34,746 nucleotides of DNA from positions 1 through 34,746 of the forward strand of contig JACRCW010000121.1 of assembly GCA_016218805.1 (NCBI GenBank). The letters run 5' to 3'. The notes beneath the pieces are model-generated. The model was not told where the DNA came from, searched no databases, and saw nothing but the letters and a program-made list of their open reading frames with translations. The DNA comes from Deltaproteobacteria bacterium (GTDB taxonomy: Bacteria > Myxococcota > JACRCW01). Shown here piece by piece: positions 1-9,767 of this stretch. The position numbers and the translations under genes are program-made. The stretch's first letter is position 1. Each line of letters opens with the position of its first letter.

Positions 1-114
1 AACATTGTCAAGACCGATCCCAGCCGCACCCTGGGCGTCCCCAACACCCGCAAGCGTGCGGGCGGTGACCGCAAGTACTTGATTCACCTCATGACTGGAG
101 CCCTCATCATGTAA
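1..114 (+). CDS. 3' end of a gene entering the window (unknown product)
   Basis: Frame 1 is open from base 1 (NIVKTDPSRTLGVPNTRKRAGGDRKYLIHLMTGALIM) to TAA at 112-114, mostly with G/C third positions. Confidence 0.5.
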   Translation, partial: NIVKTDPSRTLGVPNTRKRAGGDRKYLIHLMTGALIM

Positions 115-265
115 GGCCTGTCAGAATGCGACCGCCCTGGGGTTCAACCCGGGAAACCGCCTGGCGGTTGAACGGAGCGTGGGCGCCCGGTAGAAGCGCC
201 CGGTTTCTTCCGCTCGCCGGTCTCGGGGAATGCCGTGGTCCGCCGGAGCCCTTGCCGGACTGGGA

Positions 266-1282
266 ATGCACGCACCGCTCAACCCCCCACGCAAACAACC
301 TGACCACACGGCTGACCTCCCCGCCCCTGCCTGGGACGCCCCGTTGCGGCGGGCGCAGCAGCGGCTGGACGCGGCGCTGGCCGTGCTGCTGGACGCGCGC
401 TGTGACCCGGAAGACGCCCGGCAGCTGCTGACCGAAGGCTGGCGCCTGGCGGCGGGCGTGGCGCTGGGCCTGATCACGCCCGGCCTGGGGGAGGCGGACG
501 GCGAGCTGGCAGCGCTGCTGCCGCCGCTGGTGGAGCGTGGTGCCCGTGGGTTGCCGCGCCGGGAGGTGCTGGAGGCGCGCCTGGCGCCGCTGCTGGGGTC
601 CGGCACGGCGGTACCGGCCACCGCGGCGGGGCAGCGGCGGATGCTGCTGGGGCAGGCGCACCTGCTGCAGCGGCTGGTGGACGGGCAGCGCGCGGAGTTG
701 CGGCGCCAGCACGGCCGGTGGGCGGGCTATTTCCCGTGGCGGCGGGTGGCCGTGTCCCTGGTGGCGCTGTGCCTGGCGGGCGCCGGTGCCGCGGCGGTGT
801 ACCTGGTGCCGCGCGCGTATGAAACCGGCTGGCGCGCGGAGTACTTCCCCACGCCGGACCTGACCGGTACCTCCGAGGTGCGGCGCGAACACACGCTGGC
901 GTTCTTCTGGAGCGAAGGCCCGCCCATCCCCGGCTTCCCGGCGGACAGGTTCAGTGCGCGGTTTGACACGTGCCTGGACGTGCAGCAGGCGGGCAAGGTG
1001 GTGTTTTCGCTGGGGAGCGACGACGGCGGGCGCCTGTTTGTGGACGGGGAGAAGGTGGCGGAGGACTGGGGCGGGCACGCCATGCGCTTTGTGCCCGCCA
1101 CGCGCGAACTGCGGGCGGGTTTTCACCACCTGCGCGTGGAGTACCAGGAGCTCATCCTGGGCGCGGCCCTGCAGCTGAAGATTGGCCTGGGTGACGCGCC
1201 ACCGGAGACGCCGCAGGCCTGGCAGGTGGTGATGCCGGACCCGGACGCACCCGCGGATGCGCCCTGCGCCGGGCTGGAGTGA
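266..1282 (+). CDS. Membrane-anchored PA14 domain protein
   Basis: One TM segment (VAVSLVALCLAGAGAAAVYLV), then PA14 hallmarks GWRAEYF, DRFSARF, FSLGSDDGGRLFVDG, HHLRVEYQE. Start uncertain (230 or 266). Confidence 0.85.
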   Translation: MHAPLNPPRKQPDHTADLPAPAWDAPLRRAQQRLDAALAVLLDARCDPEDARQLLTEGWRLAAGVALGLITPGLGEADGELAALLPPLVERGARGLPRREVLEARLAPLLGSGTAVPATAAGQRRMLLGQAHLLQRLVDGQRAELRRQHGRWAGYFPWRRVAVSLVALCLAGAGAAAVYLVPRAYETGWRAEYFPTPDLTGTSEVRREHTLAFFWSEGPPIPGFPADRFSARFDTCLDVQQAGKVVFSLGSDDGGRLFVDGEKVAEDWGGHAMRFVPATRELRAGFHHLRVEYQELILGAALQLKIGLGDAPPETPQAWQVVMPDPDAPADAPCAGLE

Positions 1283-1351
1283 CCGCGAGTGACCGCCCTC
1301 GCGTCGTCACCAGCTTGACAACAACGGCGGCGGCGCGCTTTGGGGAGCGCG

Positions 1352-3118
1352 ATGAACACCGCCCTGCTGTCCAAAGCGCGCGCGCTCCTGGCGCCGCACA
1401 GCTTCCGCCTGCACCTGGCAGCGTGGGTGTGCTGCGCGCTGGCCGCGTGGTGGGTCTGGCCGCCCGCCCTCACGGCACTGGTGGAGAAGTCCCCGGACCC
1501 TCGCCCCGTCACCATGCCGCACCAGTTCAAGGTGGGTCAGCCCAGTTACGTGGTGGAAGGAAAGCTGGAGGTGGGCCTGCGGGGCGTGCCGCACCTGACG
1601 GTGGTGGCGGATGACTGCCTGCAGAGTGTCAGCGTTGACGGCGCGTCCGTGTACACAACCAAGTGCAGCCCGTGTGAAACGTGCGCCTACAAGCGCGTGA
1701 AGCTGCCGCCGTTGACGCGCGGCGCCCACGATATCCAGCTGGTGGTGGTGGACTACGGCGTGGCCGCCGCGTTGGACATCCGCCAGGGTGACGGGGTCAC
1801 CACGCTGGCCTTGCTGGTGTGGCTGCTGGGTGGCCTGCTGGTGTTCGTGCTGTCGGCGCGGCGCGGCGTGCCCATGGCGTACGCCTGGCTGGGCGGCCTG
1901 GCCCTGGTGCTGGTGACCTACTACCACCTGTGCACCAGTTCGGACCTGCGCCAGCACGACGTGGGGGGCCACAAGGAATACATCACGCACCTGCTGGCGC
2001 ACGGCACGCTGCCGCGCGTGCAGCAGGGCTGGGAGACCTGGCAGCCGCCGCTCTACTACTGGCTGGCGGCGCAGTTCTCCCGTGCCACCACGTGGCTGTT
2101 GGCCTCCGCGGACGTGCACCGGCGCGTCCAGGTGATGTCCTCGCTGATGTACGTGGCCGTGGTGTGGGGCGGCATCCTGTCCTGGCGGCGGCTGGGGTTC
2201 ACCGGCACGCGCGGCTGGCTGGGCCTGGCGCTGCTGGTGGGGCTGCCGGCGCACGTGTTCCTCTCCGGGCGAGTCAACAATGACGCCATTGGCCCGCTGA
2301 TGGGCATGGTGCTGACGCTGCTGGGCTGGGACTACTGGCAGCGCGGGCGCAAGCGCACCGCGGCGGTGTTGGGCGTGGTGCTGCTGGCGTGCATCATGGC
2401 CAAGACCTCGCAGGTGTCCCTGGCGGCGGCCGTGGGCCTGCTGGTGCTGCTGCGGGACCACCTGGACGCGCGCGGACTGGTGCAGCGCGCGGTGCGCGCC
2501 GCGCTGGTGGGCGTGCCGGGCCTGGCGTGGCTGGCGTTCTGGTTCCACCGCAACAAGGAACAGACCGGCGAATGGATGTACGTGAACGCCAACCTGCAGG
2601 ACTCCCTCAAGGTGACCAACAACGCGTTCAAGTACCTGTGGTTTGATATCCCCTCGTTCCTCTCGGAGGCGTCGTTCACCACCTTCGGCGGCAAGATGCG
2701 GGACAGCTATGCCACCGCGCTGGCGGCCAGTTCGCTGACCGGGGAGTGGGGCCACGAGTGGGTGGGCACCCTGCAGACGTTCCTGCGCGCGGCTTACCTG
2801 CCGGTGCTGGTGCTGCTGGCCCTGGGCCTGATCCTGCGCCCGCGCCCGTGGCAGAAGCGGCCGTGGGCGGTGGCGGTGCTGCTGGTGGGCGTGCACGCCG
2901 TGTTCATGATTTCCTACAACTGGCGCTACAGCTACGCGTGCAACGAAGACGCACGCCTGTGGTCACCGGTGTACTTCCCGCTGGCGGTACTGTGGGGCTG
3001 GGGCCAGGAGGAGGCGCTGGAGCGCACGCGGGGGCGCCTGCGGTCGGCGGTGGTCGCCGCGCCGGTGGTGTTCCTGCTGGTGCTGGCGGGCTTCTGGTGG
3101 CGGTTCCTGCTCCCGTGA
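1352..3118 (+). CDS. GT-C fold (ArnT/PMT-like) integral membrane glycosyltransferase with an N-terminal extracytoplasmic domain
   Basis: HDVGGHKEY...WQPPLYY loop motif, VNND motif, many hydrophobic helices, GGGGAG before ATG 1352, next to wecB. Confidence 0.75.
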   Translation: MNTALLSKARALLAPHSFRLHLAAWVCCALAAWWVWPPALTALVEKSPDPRPVTMPHQFKVGQPSYVVEGKLEVGLRGVPHLTVVADDCLQSVSVDGASVYTTKCSPCETCAYKRVKLPPLTRGAHDIQLVVVDYGVAAALDIRQGDGVTTLALLVWLLGGLLVFVLSARRGVPMAYAWLGGLALVLVTYYHLCTSSDLRQHDVGGHKEYITHLLAHGTLPRVQQGWETWQPPLYYWLAAQFSRATTWLLASADVHRRVQVMSSLMYVAVVWGGILSWRRLGFTGTRGWLGLALLVGLPAHVFLSGRVNNDAIGPLMGMVLTLLGWDYWQRGRKRTAAVLGVVLLACIMAKTSQVSLAAAVGLLVLLRDHLDARGLVQRAVRAALVGVPGLAWLAFWFHRNKEQTGEWMYVNANLQDSLKVTNNAFKYLWFDIPSFLSEASFTTFGGKMRDSYATALAASSLTGEWGHEWVGTLQTFLRAAYLPVLVLLALGLILRPRPWQKRPWAVAVLLVGVHAVFMISYNWRYSYACNEDARLWSPVYFPLAVLWGWGQEEALERTRGRLRSAVVAAPVVFLLVLAGFWWRFLLP

Positions 3119-3125
3119 GGTGGTG

Positions 3126-4304
3126 ATGGCGGCTCCAACGGTGGCCTGCGTGTTTGGCACGCGGCCCGAGGCGATCAAGATGGCGCCGGTGGTGAAGGCG
3201 CTGCAGCGCGAGACCGGCCTGCGCGCGCGCGTGGTGGTGACCGCGCAGCACCGGCAGATGCTGGACCAGGTGCTGGAGACCTTCCGCATTGAGCCGGATG
3301 CGGACCTGGACGTCATGGTGGCCCACCAGACCCTCAGCGGGCTCACCGCGCGGTTGTTTGAAGCGCTGGGAGCGGAGCTGCGCGCGCACCGGCCGGACGC
3401 CGTGCTGGTCCACGGCGACACCACTTCCACCATGGTGGGCGCGCTGGCCGCGTTCTACGAGCGCATCCCGGTGGGTCACGTGGAAGCGGGCCTGCGCACG
3501 CGCGACATCTTCCAACCGTTCCCCGAGGAGGTGAACCGCGGCGTGGTGGCCAAGGTGGCGCGGTGGAATTTTGCGCCCACGGAGCTGAGCCGCCGCAACC
3601 TGCGCGACGAGGCGGTGGATGACGCGCGCATCGTTGTGACGGGGAACACCATTGTGGACGCGCTGGGGCTGGCCAGCGCGCGCCTGGCGGAGCTGGGTGA
3701 CGACGAGTGCGTGCGCCGGGTGCTGGCCGAGACGCCAGGGCAGGAGGAGGCGGCCGCGCACTTCTGCCGCGCGCCCGGGCGGCTGGTGCTGGTGACGGGC
3801 CACCGGCGCGAGAACTTTGGCGGACCGCTGCGGGACGCGCTGGGCGCGCTGCGGCGGGTGGCGGAGGCCAACAGGGACGCGCGCTTCATCTACCCGGTGC
3901 ACCTCAACCCCAACGTGCAGCAGCCCGTGCGCGAAATCCTGGCCGGCCTGGACAACTTCCTGCTGCTGCCGCCGCTGTCCTACGTGCCGTTCCTGTGGCT
4001 GCTCACGCGCGCGTACTGCGTGGTGACGGACTCCGGCGGCATCCAGGAGGAGGCCGCGGTGCTGGGCAAGCCCACCCTGGTCACGCGTGACGTCACTGAG
4101 CGGCCCGAAGCGCTGGAGGCCGGCACCGCGCTGCTGGTGGGGCCGGACCCCGCGCGGCTGGGTGGGGCGCTGCAGCGGCTGCTGGCGGACGCGGCGTTCC
4201 ACGCTTCCATGGCCCGGCCCTCCGGCGTGTTTGGGGACGGTCACGCCGCGGACCGGATTGCCGAGGTATTGCGGCACGACCTGGCGGCGGCACCACCGGC
4301 GTGA
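3126..4304 (+). CDS. wecB: UDP-N-acetylglucosamine 2-epimerase (non-hydrolysing)
   Basis: VFGTRPEAIKMAP, HGDT, GHVEAGLRT, PFPEEVNR, TGHRREN, TDSGGIQEEA, TERPE, FGDGHAA. Confidence 0.96.
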   Translation: MAAPTVACVFGTRPEAIKMAPVVKALQRETGLRARVVVTAQHRQMLDQVLETFRIEPDADLDVMVAHQTLSGLTARLFEALGAELRAHRPDAVLVHGDTTSTMVGALAAFYERIPVGHVEAGLRTRDIFQPFPEEVNRGVVAKVARWNFAPTELSRRNLRDEAVDDARIVVTGNTIVDALGLASARLAELGDDECVRRVLAETPGQEEAAAHFCRAPGRLVLVTGHRRENFGGPLRDALGALRRVAEANRDARFIYPVHLNPNVQQPVREILAGLDNFLLLPPLSYVPFLWLLTRAYCVVTDSGGIQEEAAVLGKPTLVTRDVTERPEALEAGTALLVGPDPARLGGALQRLLADAAFHASMARPSGVFGDGHAADRIAEVLRHDLAAAPPA

Positions 4305-4336
4305 CGCGCGGCCGGGGCGGGAGCTAGAAACCGGCC

Positions 4337-4570
4337 ATGACCACGCAGCACGGGGCCGCAGCGTCGGACGAGCACGCGCTCACCCTGGCGCGCTTCCTCA
4401 AGTTCCACCACCGCGCGGGAACGGGCGGCATGGCCAAGCACCTCATCCGTGAGGGCCTGGTGCAGGTGAATGGCGAGCCGGAGACCCGCCCCGGGCGCAA
4501 GCTGCGCAGTGGGGACGTGGTCACCATGGAAGGCTGGCGCGAGACGGTGCCGGCGCAGGGGGCTGCATGA
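4337..4570 (+). CDS. RNA-binding S4 domain protein (YbcJ/YaaA-like)
   Basis: LARFLK...TGGMAKHLIREGLVQVNGEPETRPGRKLRSGDVV. Confidence 0.9.
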   Translation: MTTQHGAAASDEHALTLARFLKFHHRAGTGGMAKHLIREGLVQVNGEPETRPGRKLRSGDVVTMEGWRETVPAQGAA

Positions 4571-5634
4571 GGGCGCTCATGTGGTGCAGCGCGGTGGCGT
4601 GCGCGGCGGCCTGCGGCCCGGTCCCGGAGCCGCCCAGCGCCATGCCGTGGGACGGCGGAGACCAGCCCTGGTCCTCCTCCGCCTGGTCCTGGCAGCCCAC
4701 CTCGGGCCCGCCGGATGCGGGTCCGGGCAGCAGCAGCAGCAGCAGCAGCAGACGGTCGTCCTCCGCCTCCGCGTCAGCCTCCGCCAGCGGGCCGCGCGTG
4801 CGGGCGGAGACCGCGGTGTCACCGGTGAGCGCGGACCTGCATGCGGTTGCGGCGCTCCCGGACGGCACGGCCTGGGCGGTGGGCGCGGCGGGCACACTGC
4901 TGCGCCAGGACCGCGGGCAGTGGGCCGCCTTCCCGTCACCCACGGGCCACACCCTGTGGGCGGTGGCCGCGGCCGACGACGGCACCGTCCTGGCCGCCGG
5001 GGACAGGGGCACGCTGCTGCGGTTCAACGGCGTGGCATTTGACGCACTGGCCACCGCGGCAAGCCTTCCGCTCAACGGTGCATGGGTGGGCAATGCGCAT
5101 GAGGCGCTGGTGGTGGGCGGGCAGGCCGGCGGCGCCGGCGTGATCCTGCGGGTGGACGGCGAGGTGGTGGTGGATGAAACGCCGCCCAACGCCCCGGCGT
5201 TGTACGGCGTGGCGCGGGACCGCGTGCTCGACCTGGACGTGGCGGTGGGCGAGGGCGGCGCGGTCTACACGCGCGCGGCCGGGGCGTGGAGCCTGGCCCG
5301 CGTGCCGGACTCCGGCGCGCTGCTGCGCGTGGCGGCGGCGCCGGGGGGCGCGGTGGCCTTGGGCATTGGGGGCGCGCTGGTCCAGGTGACCGGACCGGCG
5401 ACGGTGGGGTCCGCGGACGGAACGCCCGGAGCGTTGGGGCTCACCTGGTGGGCGGGCAGCCAGGTGCTGGTGGTGGTGGGCGCCGGCGGGCGGGTGCGCA
5501 CGGGGTTGCCCGGCGGGTTGGCGGACGTGGCGGTGCCCACGGCGGTGGCGCTGTGGGGCGCCGCACCGCTGGGTGACGGGCTGACGGTGGTGGGAGAGCG
5601 CGGGACCATCCTGCGGCTCCGGTGGGAGCCATGA
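4567..5634 (+). CDS. Lipoprotein with Ser-rich linker and beta-propeller (BNR/YCF48-like) repeats
   Basis: Lipobox-like AAAC, repeated LxAV...AVGxxGTLLR units, ATGA overlap with the S4 gene. Confidence 0.75.
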   Translation: MRALMWCSAVACAAACGPVPEPPSAMPWDGGDQPWSSSAWSWQPTSGPPDAGPGSSSSSSSRRSSSASASASASGPRVRAETAVSPVSADLHAVAALPDGTAWAVGAAGTLLRQDRGQWAAFPSPTGHTLWAVAAADDGTVLAAGDRGTLLRFNGVAFDALATAASLPLNGAWVGNAHEALVVGGQAGGAGVILRVDGEVVVDETPPNAPALYGVARDRVLDLDVAVGEGGAVYTRAAGAWSLARVPDSGALLRVAAAPGGAVALGIGGALVQVTGPATVGSADGTPGALGLTWWAGSQVLVVVGAGGRVRTGLPGGLADVAVPTAVALWGAAPLGDGLTVVGERGTILRLRWEP

Positions 5635-6251
5635 CGCCGGAGGAACTGGCGGAGGCGGCCCGGCGCCTGGCGCGCGCGGACACCTCACTGGCTCCCGTCA
5701 TCCGCCGCGTGGGGCCGCCGTCGCTGCGCCCAGCGCGCCGCCGCACGCACTACGAACACCTGGTGGCCTCCATTGCCTACCAGCAGGTGACGGGCAAAGC
5801 GGCCGAAACGATCTTCCGCCGCGTGGCCGCGCTGGGCGAGCACGGCCGGTTCCCTACGCCGGAACGCACGCTGCGGCTGGGCGAGGCGCGCCTGAAGGCG
5901 GCCGGACTGTCACGCCAGAAGGCGGCCGCCGTGCTGGACCTGGCGCGCCATTGCACGCAGGGCACGCTGCGGCTGGCCACGCTGGGCCGGCTGGACGACG
6001 AGGCCGTGGTGGCCGCGCTGACGACGGTGCGCGGCATTGGCCGGTGGACGGCGGAGATGGTGCTCATCTTCCGGCTGGGCCGCCCGGATGTGCTCCCCGC
6101 CACCGACTACGGCGTGCAGAAGGGGCTCATGCGGTTGGACGGCCTGCGCGCGCTCCCCCGCCCGGCGGACGTGCAACGGCGCGGCGCTGTGTGGGCGCCC
6201 TGGCGCAGCGTGGCCAGCTGGTACCTGTGGCGCCTGGCGGAGGGGCAATGA
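5631..6251 (+). CDS. alkA: DNA-3-methyladenine glycosylase II family (AlkA, HhH-GPD)
   Basis: SIAYQQV, GLSRQKA, HhH LTTVRGIGRWTAEM, LPATDYGV, WAPWRSVASWYLW; ATGA overlap upstream. Confidence 0.9.
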   Translation: MTPEELAEAARRLARADTSLAPVIRRVGPPSLRPARRRTHYEHLVASIAYQQVTGKAAETIFRRVAALGEHGRFPTPERTLRLGEARLKAAGLSRQKAAAVLDLARHCTQGTLRLATLGRLDDEAVVAALTTVRGIGRWTAEMVLIFRLGRPDVLPATDYGVQKGLMRLDGLRALPRPADVQRRGAVWAPWRSVASWYLWRLAEGQ

Positions 6252-6823
6252 GCCTGGGCCTGCAGGCGGTCATCTGGGCGGTGCTGGGCTGTGGGTTGGG
6301 AACCGCGCTGGATGCGCTGCACGCGTACAACGGCGTGCTGTCCTACCCGCATGTCGCGTTCGGGTTGCAGGACTGGTGGGTGCCGCCGGAGTTTGCGCTG
6401 GCGGGGGTGGCCATGGGGCTGGGCCACCGGTTCATCGCGGTGAGACTGGGTGGGCGGCCGGTGCCGTCGGCCGCGCCGGTGGAGGTGCTCGTTGGGGCGG
6501 CGGTGTTTGTAGCGGTGTACGCCGCCAGTGGCTGGGTGCAGGACACCGCGCTCGCGTACGGCGTGGCATGCGTGGTCGCGTTCATGGGCCTTGCGTGGTG
6601 GACGCCGCGGGACGCGCGCCCCGCGCTGCTGTGGCACGCGTTGGGAGCGGCGGTCATGGGCCCCGTGGTGGAGGCCACCCTGAGCGGGCTGGGGCTGTTC
6701 CGCTATCACCGGCCGGACGTGCTGGGCGTCCCCGCGTGGCTGCCCGCCATCTACCTGCACGCTGCGGTGGCCACGGCGGCGCTGGACCGCTGGTTCAACC
6801 GCAGCGGCGGCGTGCGGGCGTGA
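6248..6823 (+). CDS. Multi-pass membrane protein (DUF2878/INSIG-like)
   Basis: ATG 6248 overlaps the alkA stop; about 6 hydrophobic helices; GPVVEATL...GLFRYHRPDVLGVPAWLPAIY. Confidence 0.65.
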   Translation: MSLGLQAVIWAVLGCGLGTALDALHAYNGVLSYPHVAFGLQDWWVPPEFALAGVAMGLGHRFIAVRLGGRPVPSAAPVEVLVGAAVFVAVYAASGWVQDTALAYGVACVVAFMGLAWWTPRDARPALLWHALGAAVMGPVVEATLSGLGLFRYHRPDVLGVPAWLPAIYLHAAVATAALDRWFNRSGGVRA

Positions 6824-6905
6824 CCCGGCGCCCGTGCCGCCGCCCGTGGACAGTATTGGCATGTGTCGCGGCTCTGCGGGGCTGACTGGCCCAGCAGTGG
6901 CCTGC

Positions 6906-8777
6906 TCAGAACGCCCACAGCGCAAAGCCCACCTGGTCCCAGTGCACCATGTAGAGCGCCGCCGCGGCGCCAATGACGCACGTGCCCAGCGCCCAGGCGT
7001 GCCAGGCGCGGTGGACCGGGTCCCGCCGCAGCGCGCGCGCGGCCAGCAGCACGCCCGTCACTTCGGCCGCGGCGAACACCACGGGGAGCACAAAGAACCC
7101 GAGCGTGCGCGCGTTCACCGGCGGAGAGAACTGGTAGAGGCCCTTGATGGTGGCCAGCAGCAGCAGGCAGCCCAGCATGGCCAGCCCGCCCACAAACGGC
7201 GGCAGCGTGGAGGGGAGCACGGCAGGCACGCGCCCGCGGCGGCGGCGCCAGACCCAGGTGAGCGGGAGGAACACCGGCACGGTGGCCACCGGCAGGTTGC
7301 CAAACACGAACCACCGCTCCGCCAGCCGCGGCAGTTCGTCCGTGCGTTGGAAGCAACGCGAGCCGGAGAACAGCATCCCGCCCGGCGCCACCGCCAGGCC
7401 GGCCACCCCGTCATCACCTTCCACGCGGAAGCGGTCCGGCCCCACCGGCAGCAGCCGGCGCGGCGTGCGCGCGAATCCCTCCAGCAACAGCTTCCCGTCC
7501 CGCTGCACCACGCGCCGCCACCCCAGCAGGTGGTCCACAAAGTGGAGCATCACCGTGCGCGGGCACGCGCCGTTGTAGAAGCCGGTGAGCCGCTCCACGC
7601 GGCGCGGGTCCAGCGTCACGGTGGATTGGGCCGGCGGGGTCCGCCCGCGCAGCGCAAAGCCCACCAGCGCGCTGACCAGCCGGTCCATGCCGCCGTAGAG
7701 GTTGTTGGCGTTGGTGAGCACCGCCAGCCCGGTGGCCTGCCCGGGGACGTGCGCCCACAGCGCGCTGAACCCGTCCACGTTCCCGCTGTGCCCGGCCAGC
7801 AACCACCCATCCTGCTGCCAGCGCTGGATGCCAATGCCAAACCCGACGGGCAGGTCCACCGGCAGCGTGGTGGTCCGCTGCAGGCGCGCCAGCAGCGCGG
7901 GCGCAAACACCGGCGCGCCGCCCACGCGGCCCTCCGCCACAAACAGCCGTGCCAGCGCCAGCACGTCAGGCAGCGTGGCCACCAGCGCGCCCGCGGGCCG
8001 GTGGAGGATGGGCTGGAAATCCACCGGCACCAGGCGCGCGGAGCCCACGTAGCCCCGCGCCAGCCGCGCCAGGACGTCGCCGGAGGGCGCCAGCGTGGCG
8101 TGCGTCATCCCGGCGGGCCGCAGCACGCGGTCCGCCAGGTGCGCTTCAAACGGTTTGCCGGTGAGGCGCTCCAACAGCAGGCCCGCCATGGTGTAGCCCG
8201 GGTTGGAATACGCGTGCCGTGTGCCCGGCTCCCACCGGCTGGTGCGCGTCACCGGCGCCAACGCCAGCACCTCTGCCAGCGGCGGAGCAGGAGCGCCGTC
8301 CTGCAGGAACTCGCGCGGGTGCGAATCATCAAAGCCCGACGCGTGCTCCAGCAGGTGCACCAGGCGCAGCGGTTGGGACGCCTCCCAGGCATTGGTGAAG
8401 GCCACATCCGGGAGCAGCGTGCGCACGGGCGCCCCCAGGTCCAGGCGCCCCTCCTCCACCAACTGCAGCAGTCCCAGGCCCAGCACCGTCTTGGTGATGG
8501 ACCCCGCGCGGAACGGCGTGTCTGCGGTGACGGGTCTGCGCGTCTCCAGGTCCGCGTAGCCCAGCAGCGCGGTCCACTCGGTGCCGTCCGGCAGGAGCAG
8601 GCCCATGGCGGCACCGGGAATGCCCTCCTCCGCCATGATGCGCGTGAGCTGGGCGCGCAGCGCATCCGGGGACGCGGTAGGGGGCTCCGGCGGGGGCGGG
8701 TCCATGAACGCGCACGCGGCCAGCGCGGAAAGCGCCGCCAGGAGCGCCGGGCGCGTGAGGCGTGGTGCAGCGGGCAT
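6906..8777 (-). CDS. Serine hydrolase (beta-lactamase/AmpC-like family) with lipoprotein signal and C-terminal TM helices
   Basis: FRAGSITK (SxxK), LLEHASG, AYSNPGY (YxN), GHSG; lipobox LAAC; about 4 hydrophobic helices at the C-terminus. Confidence 0.88.
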   Translation of the reverse strand: MPAAPRLTRPALLAALSALAACAFMDPPPPEPPTASPDALRAQLTRIMAEEGIPGAAMGLLLPDGTEWTALLGYADLETRRPVTADTPFRAGSITKTVLGLGLLQLVEEGRLDLGAPVRTLLPDVAFTNAWEASQPLRLVHLLEHASGFDDSHPREFLQDGAPAPPLAEVLALAPVTRTSRWEPGTRHAYSNPGYTMAGLLLERLTGKPFEAHLADRVLRPAGMTHATLAPSGDVLARLARGYVGSARLVPVDFQPILHRPAGALVATLPDVLALARLFVAEGRVGGAPVFAPALLARLQRTTTLPVDLPVGFGIGIQRWQQDGWLLAGHSGNVDGFSALWAHVPGQATGLAVLTNANNLYGGMDRLVSALVGFALRGRTPPAQSTVTLDPRRVERLTGFYNGACPRTVMLHFVDHLLGWRRVVQRDGKLLLEGFARTPRRLLPVGPDRFRVEGDDGVAGLAVAPGGMLFSGSRCFQRTDELPRLAERWFVFGNLPVATVPVFLPLTWVWRRRRGRVPAVLPSTLPPFVGGLAMLGCLLLLATIKGLYQFSPPVNARTLGFFVLPVVFAAAEVTGVLLAARALRRDPVHRAWHAWALGTCVIGAAAALYMVHWDQVGFALWAF

Positions 8778-8823
8778 GCGTGGACCGTGTTCGCCGGGGT
8801 AGCACGCGGTGGCGGAGGTGGGC

Positions 8824-9675
8824 ATGGGATCAGCCGCAAAGCTGGCAGGCGTGATGGTGGGCGGTTGGCTGCTGGTGGGCTGCGGACCCCGGGATGCGTG
8901 CTTTCCCGGGCAGGCGGGCACGGTCACCCGCGCGCGCCGGGACATTGTGGGCGGGCACCTGCGGCGCGCGCACGCGCACAACGACTACGCGCACGCCCGC
9001 CCGCTGGAGGACGCGCTGGCGCAGGGCTTCCACAGCGTGGAGGCGGACACCTGGCTGGTGGGGAATGCGCTGCAGGTGGCGCATTGGCCGTGGGAGGGAT
9101 TCCGCGGGACGCTGCAGGAGCTCTACCTGGACCCGCTGCAGCGCCGCGTGGATGAGCTGGGCAGCGTGCTGGGTGACGGCGAGCCGTTTGTCCTGTGGCT
9201 GGATATCAAGGAGCGCAACCCGGCGTACGTGAAGGCGCTGCGTGACGCGCTGGAGCCCTACAGCATGCTCTCCGTCTTCCATGCGGACCGCGTGGAGGAG
9301 CGCCCGGTGTCCGTGGTGCTCAGCGGGGACCGCGCGGTGAAGCGCCTCGTGGTGGAGTCCTCCGGGCCGGTGCGCGCCTCGCGCGACTCCAACGACTACG
9401 CGCGCGACGACCCTCCCGCGGACACGCGCTGGACGCATTACGCGCTGGAGTGGGACGCCACCGTGGGCTGGGACGGAGAGGGCACCATCCCCGCCGAGGC
9501 GCTGCACCAGCTGCGCTGCACCATGGAGAACGCGCACGCCACCGGGCGGCGCGTGCGCTTCTACGCCGTGCCCGAAAAGCCCGCCGCGTGGGACCTGCTG
9601 TTGGACGTGGGCGCGGACCTGGTGAGCACGGACCGGCTGGAGGAGCTGGGGGCCTTCCTCCGTTCCGCCCCCTGA
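8824..9675 (+). CDS. PI-PLC/GDPD-like phosphodiesterase (Aim6-like), probable lipoprotein
   Basis: AHAHNDY, SVEAD, TLQELYLDPL, LWLDIK, GADLVSTD; GGAGG upstream; LLVGC lipobox. Confidence 0.8.
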   Translation: MGSAAKLAGVMVGGWLLVGCGPRDACFPGQAGTVTRARRDIVGGHLRRAHAHNDYAHARPLEDALAQGFHSVEADTWLVGNALQVAHWPWEGFRGTLQELYLDPLQRRVDELGSVLGDGEPFVLWLDIKERNPAYVKALRDALEPYSMLSVFHADRVEERPVSVVLSGDRAVKRLVVESSGPVRASRDSNDYARDDPPADTRWTHYALEWDATVGWDGEGTIPAEALHQLRCTMENAHATGRRVRFYAVPEKPAAWDLLLDVGADLVSTDRLEELGAFLRSAP

Positions 9676-9767
9676 TGTTTCACGCGCCTTTCACACCGCG
9701 TCCCTACCGGTGACCTGCCGCGGCCCCAGGCTGCGGTGAGCGGCCCCATCTGGCCGCGGAGGACACC

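Noticed and set aside
4727..4750. (AGC)n tract as a phase-variation switch
   Set aside because: In-frame triplets encode a poly-Ser linker; length change would not shift the frame
9676..9695. parS-like TGTTTCACG and TTTCAC direct repeat upstream of pssA
   Set aside because: Only half of the parS palindrome; too short to support
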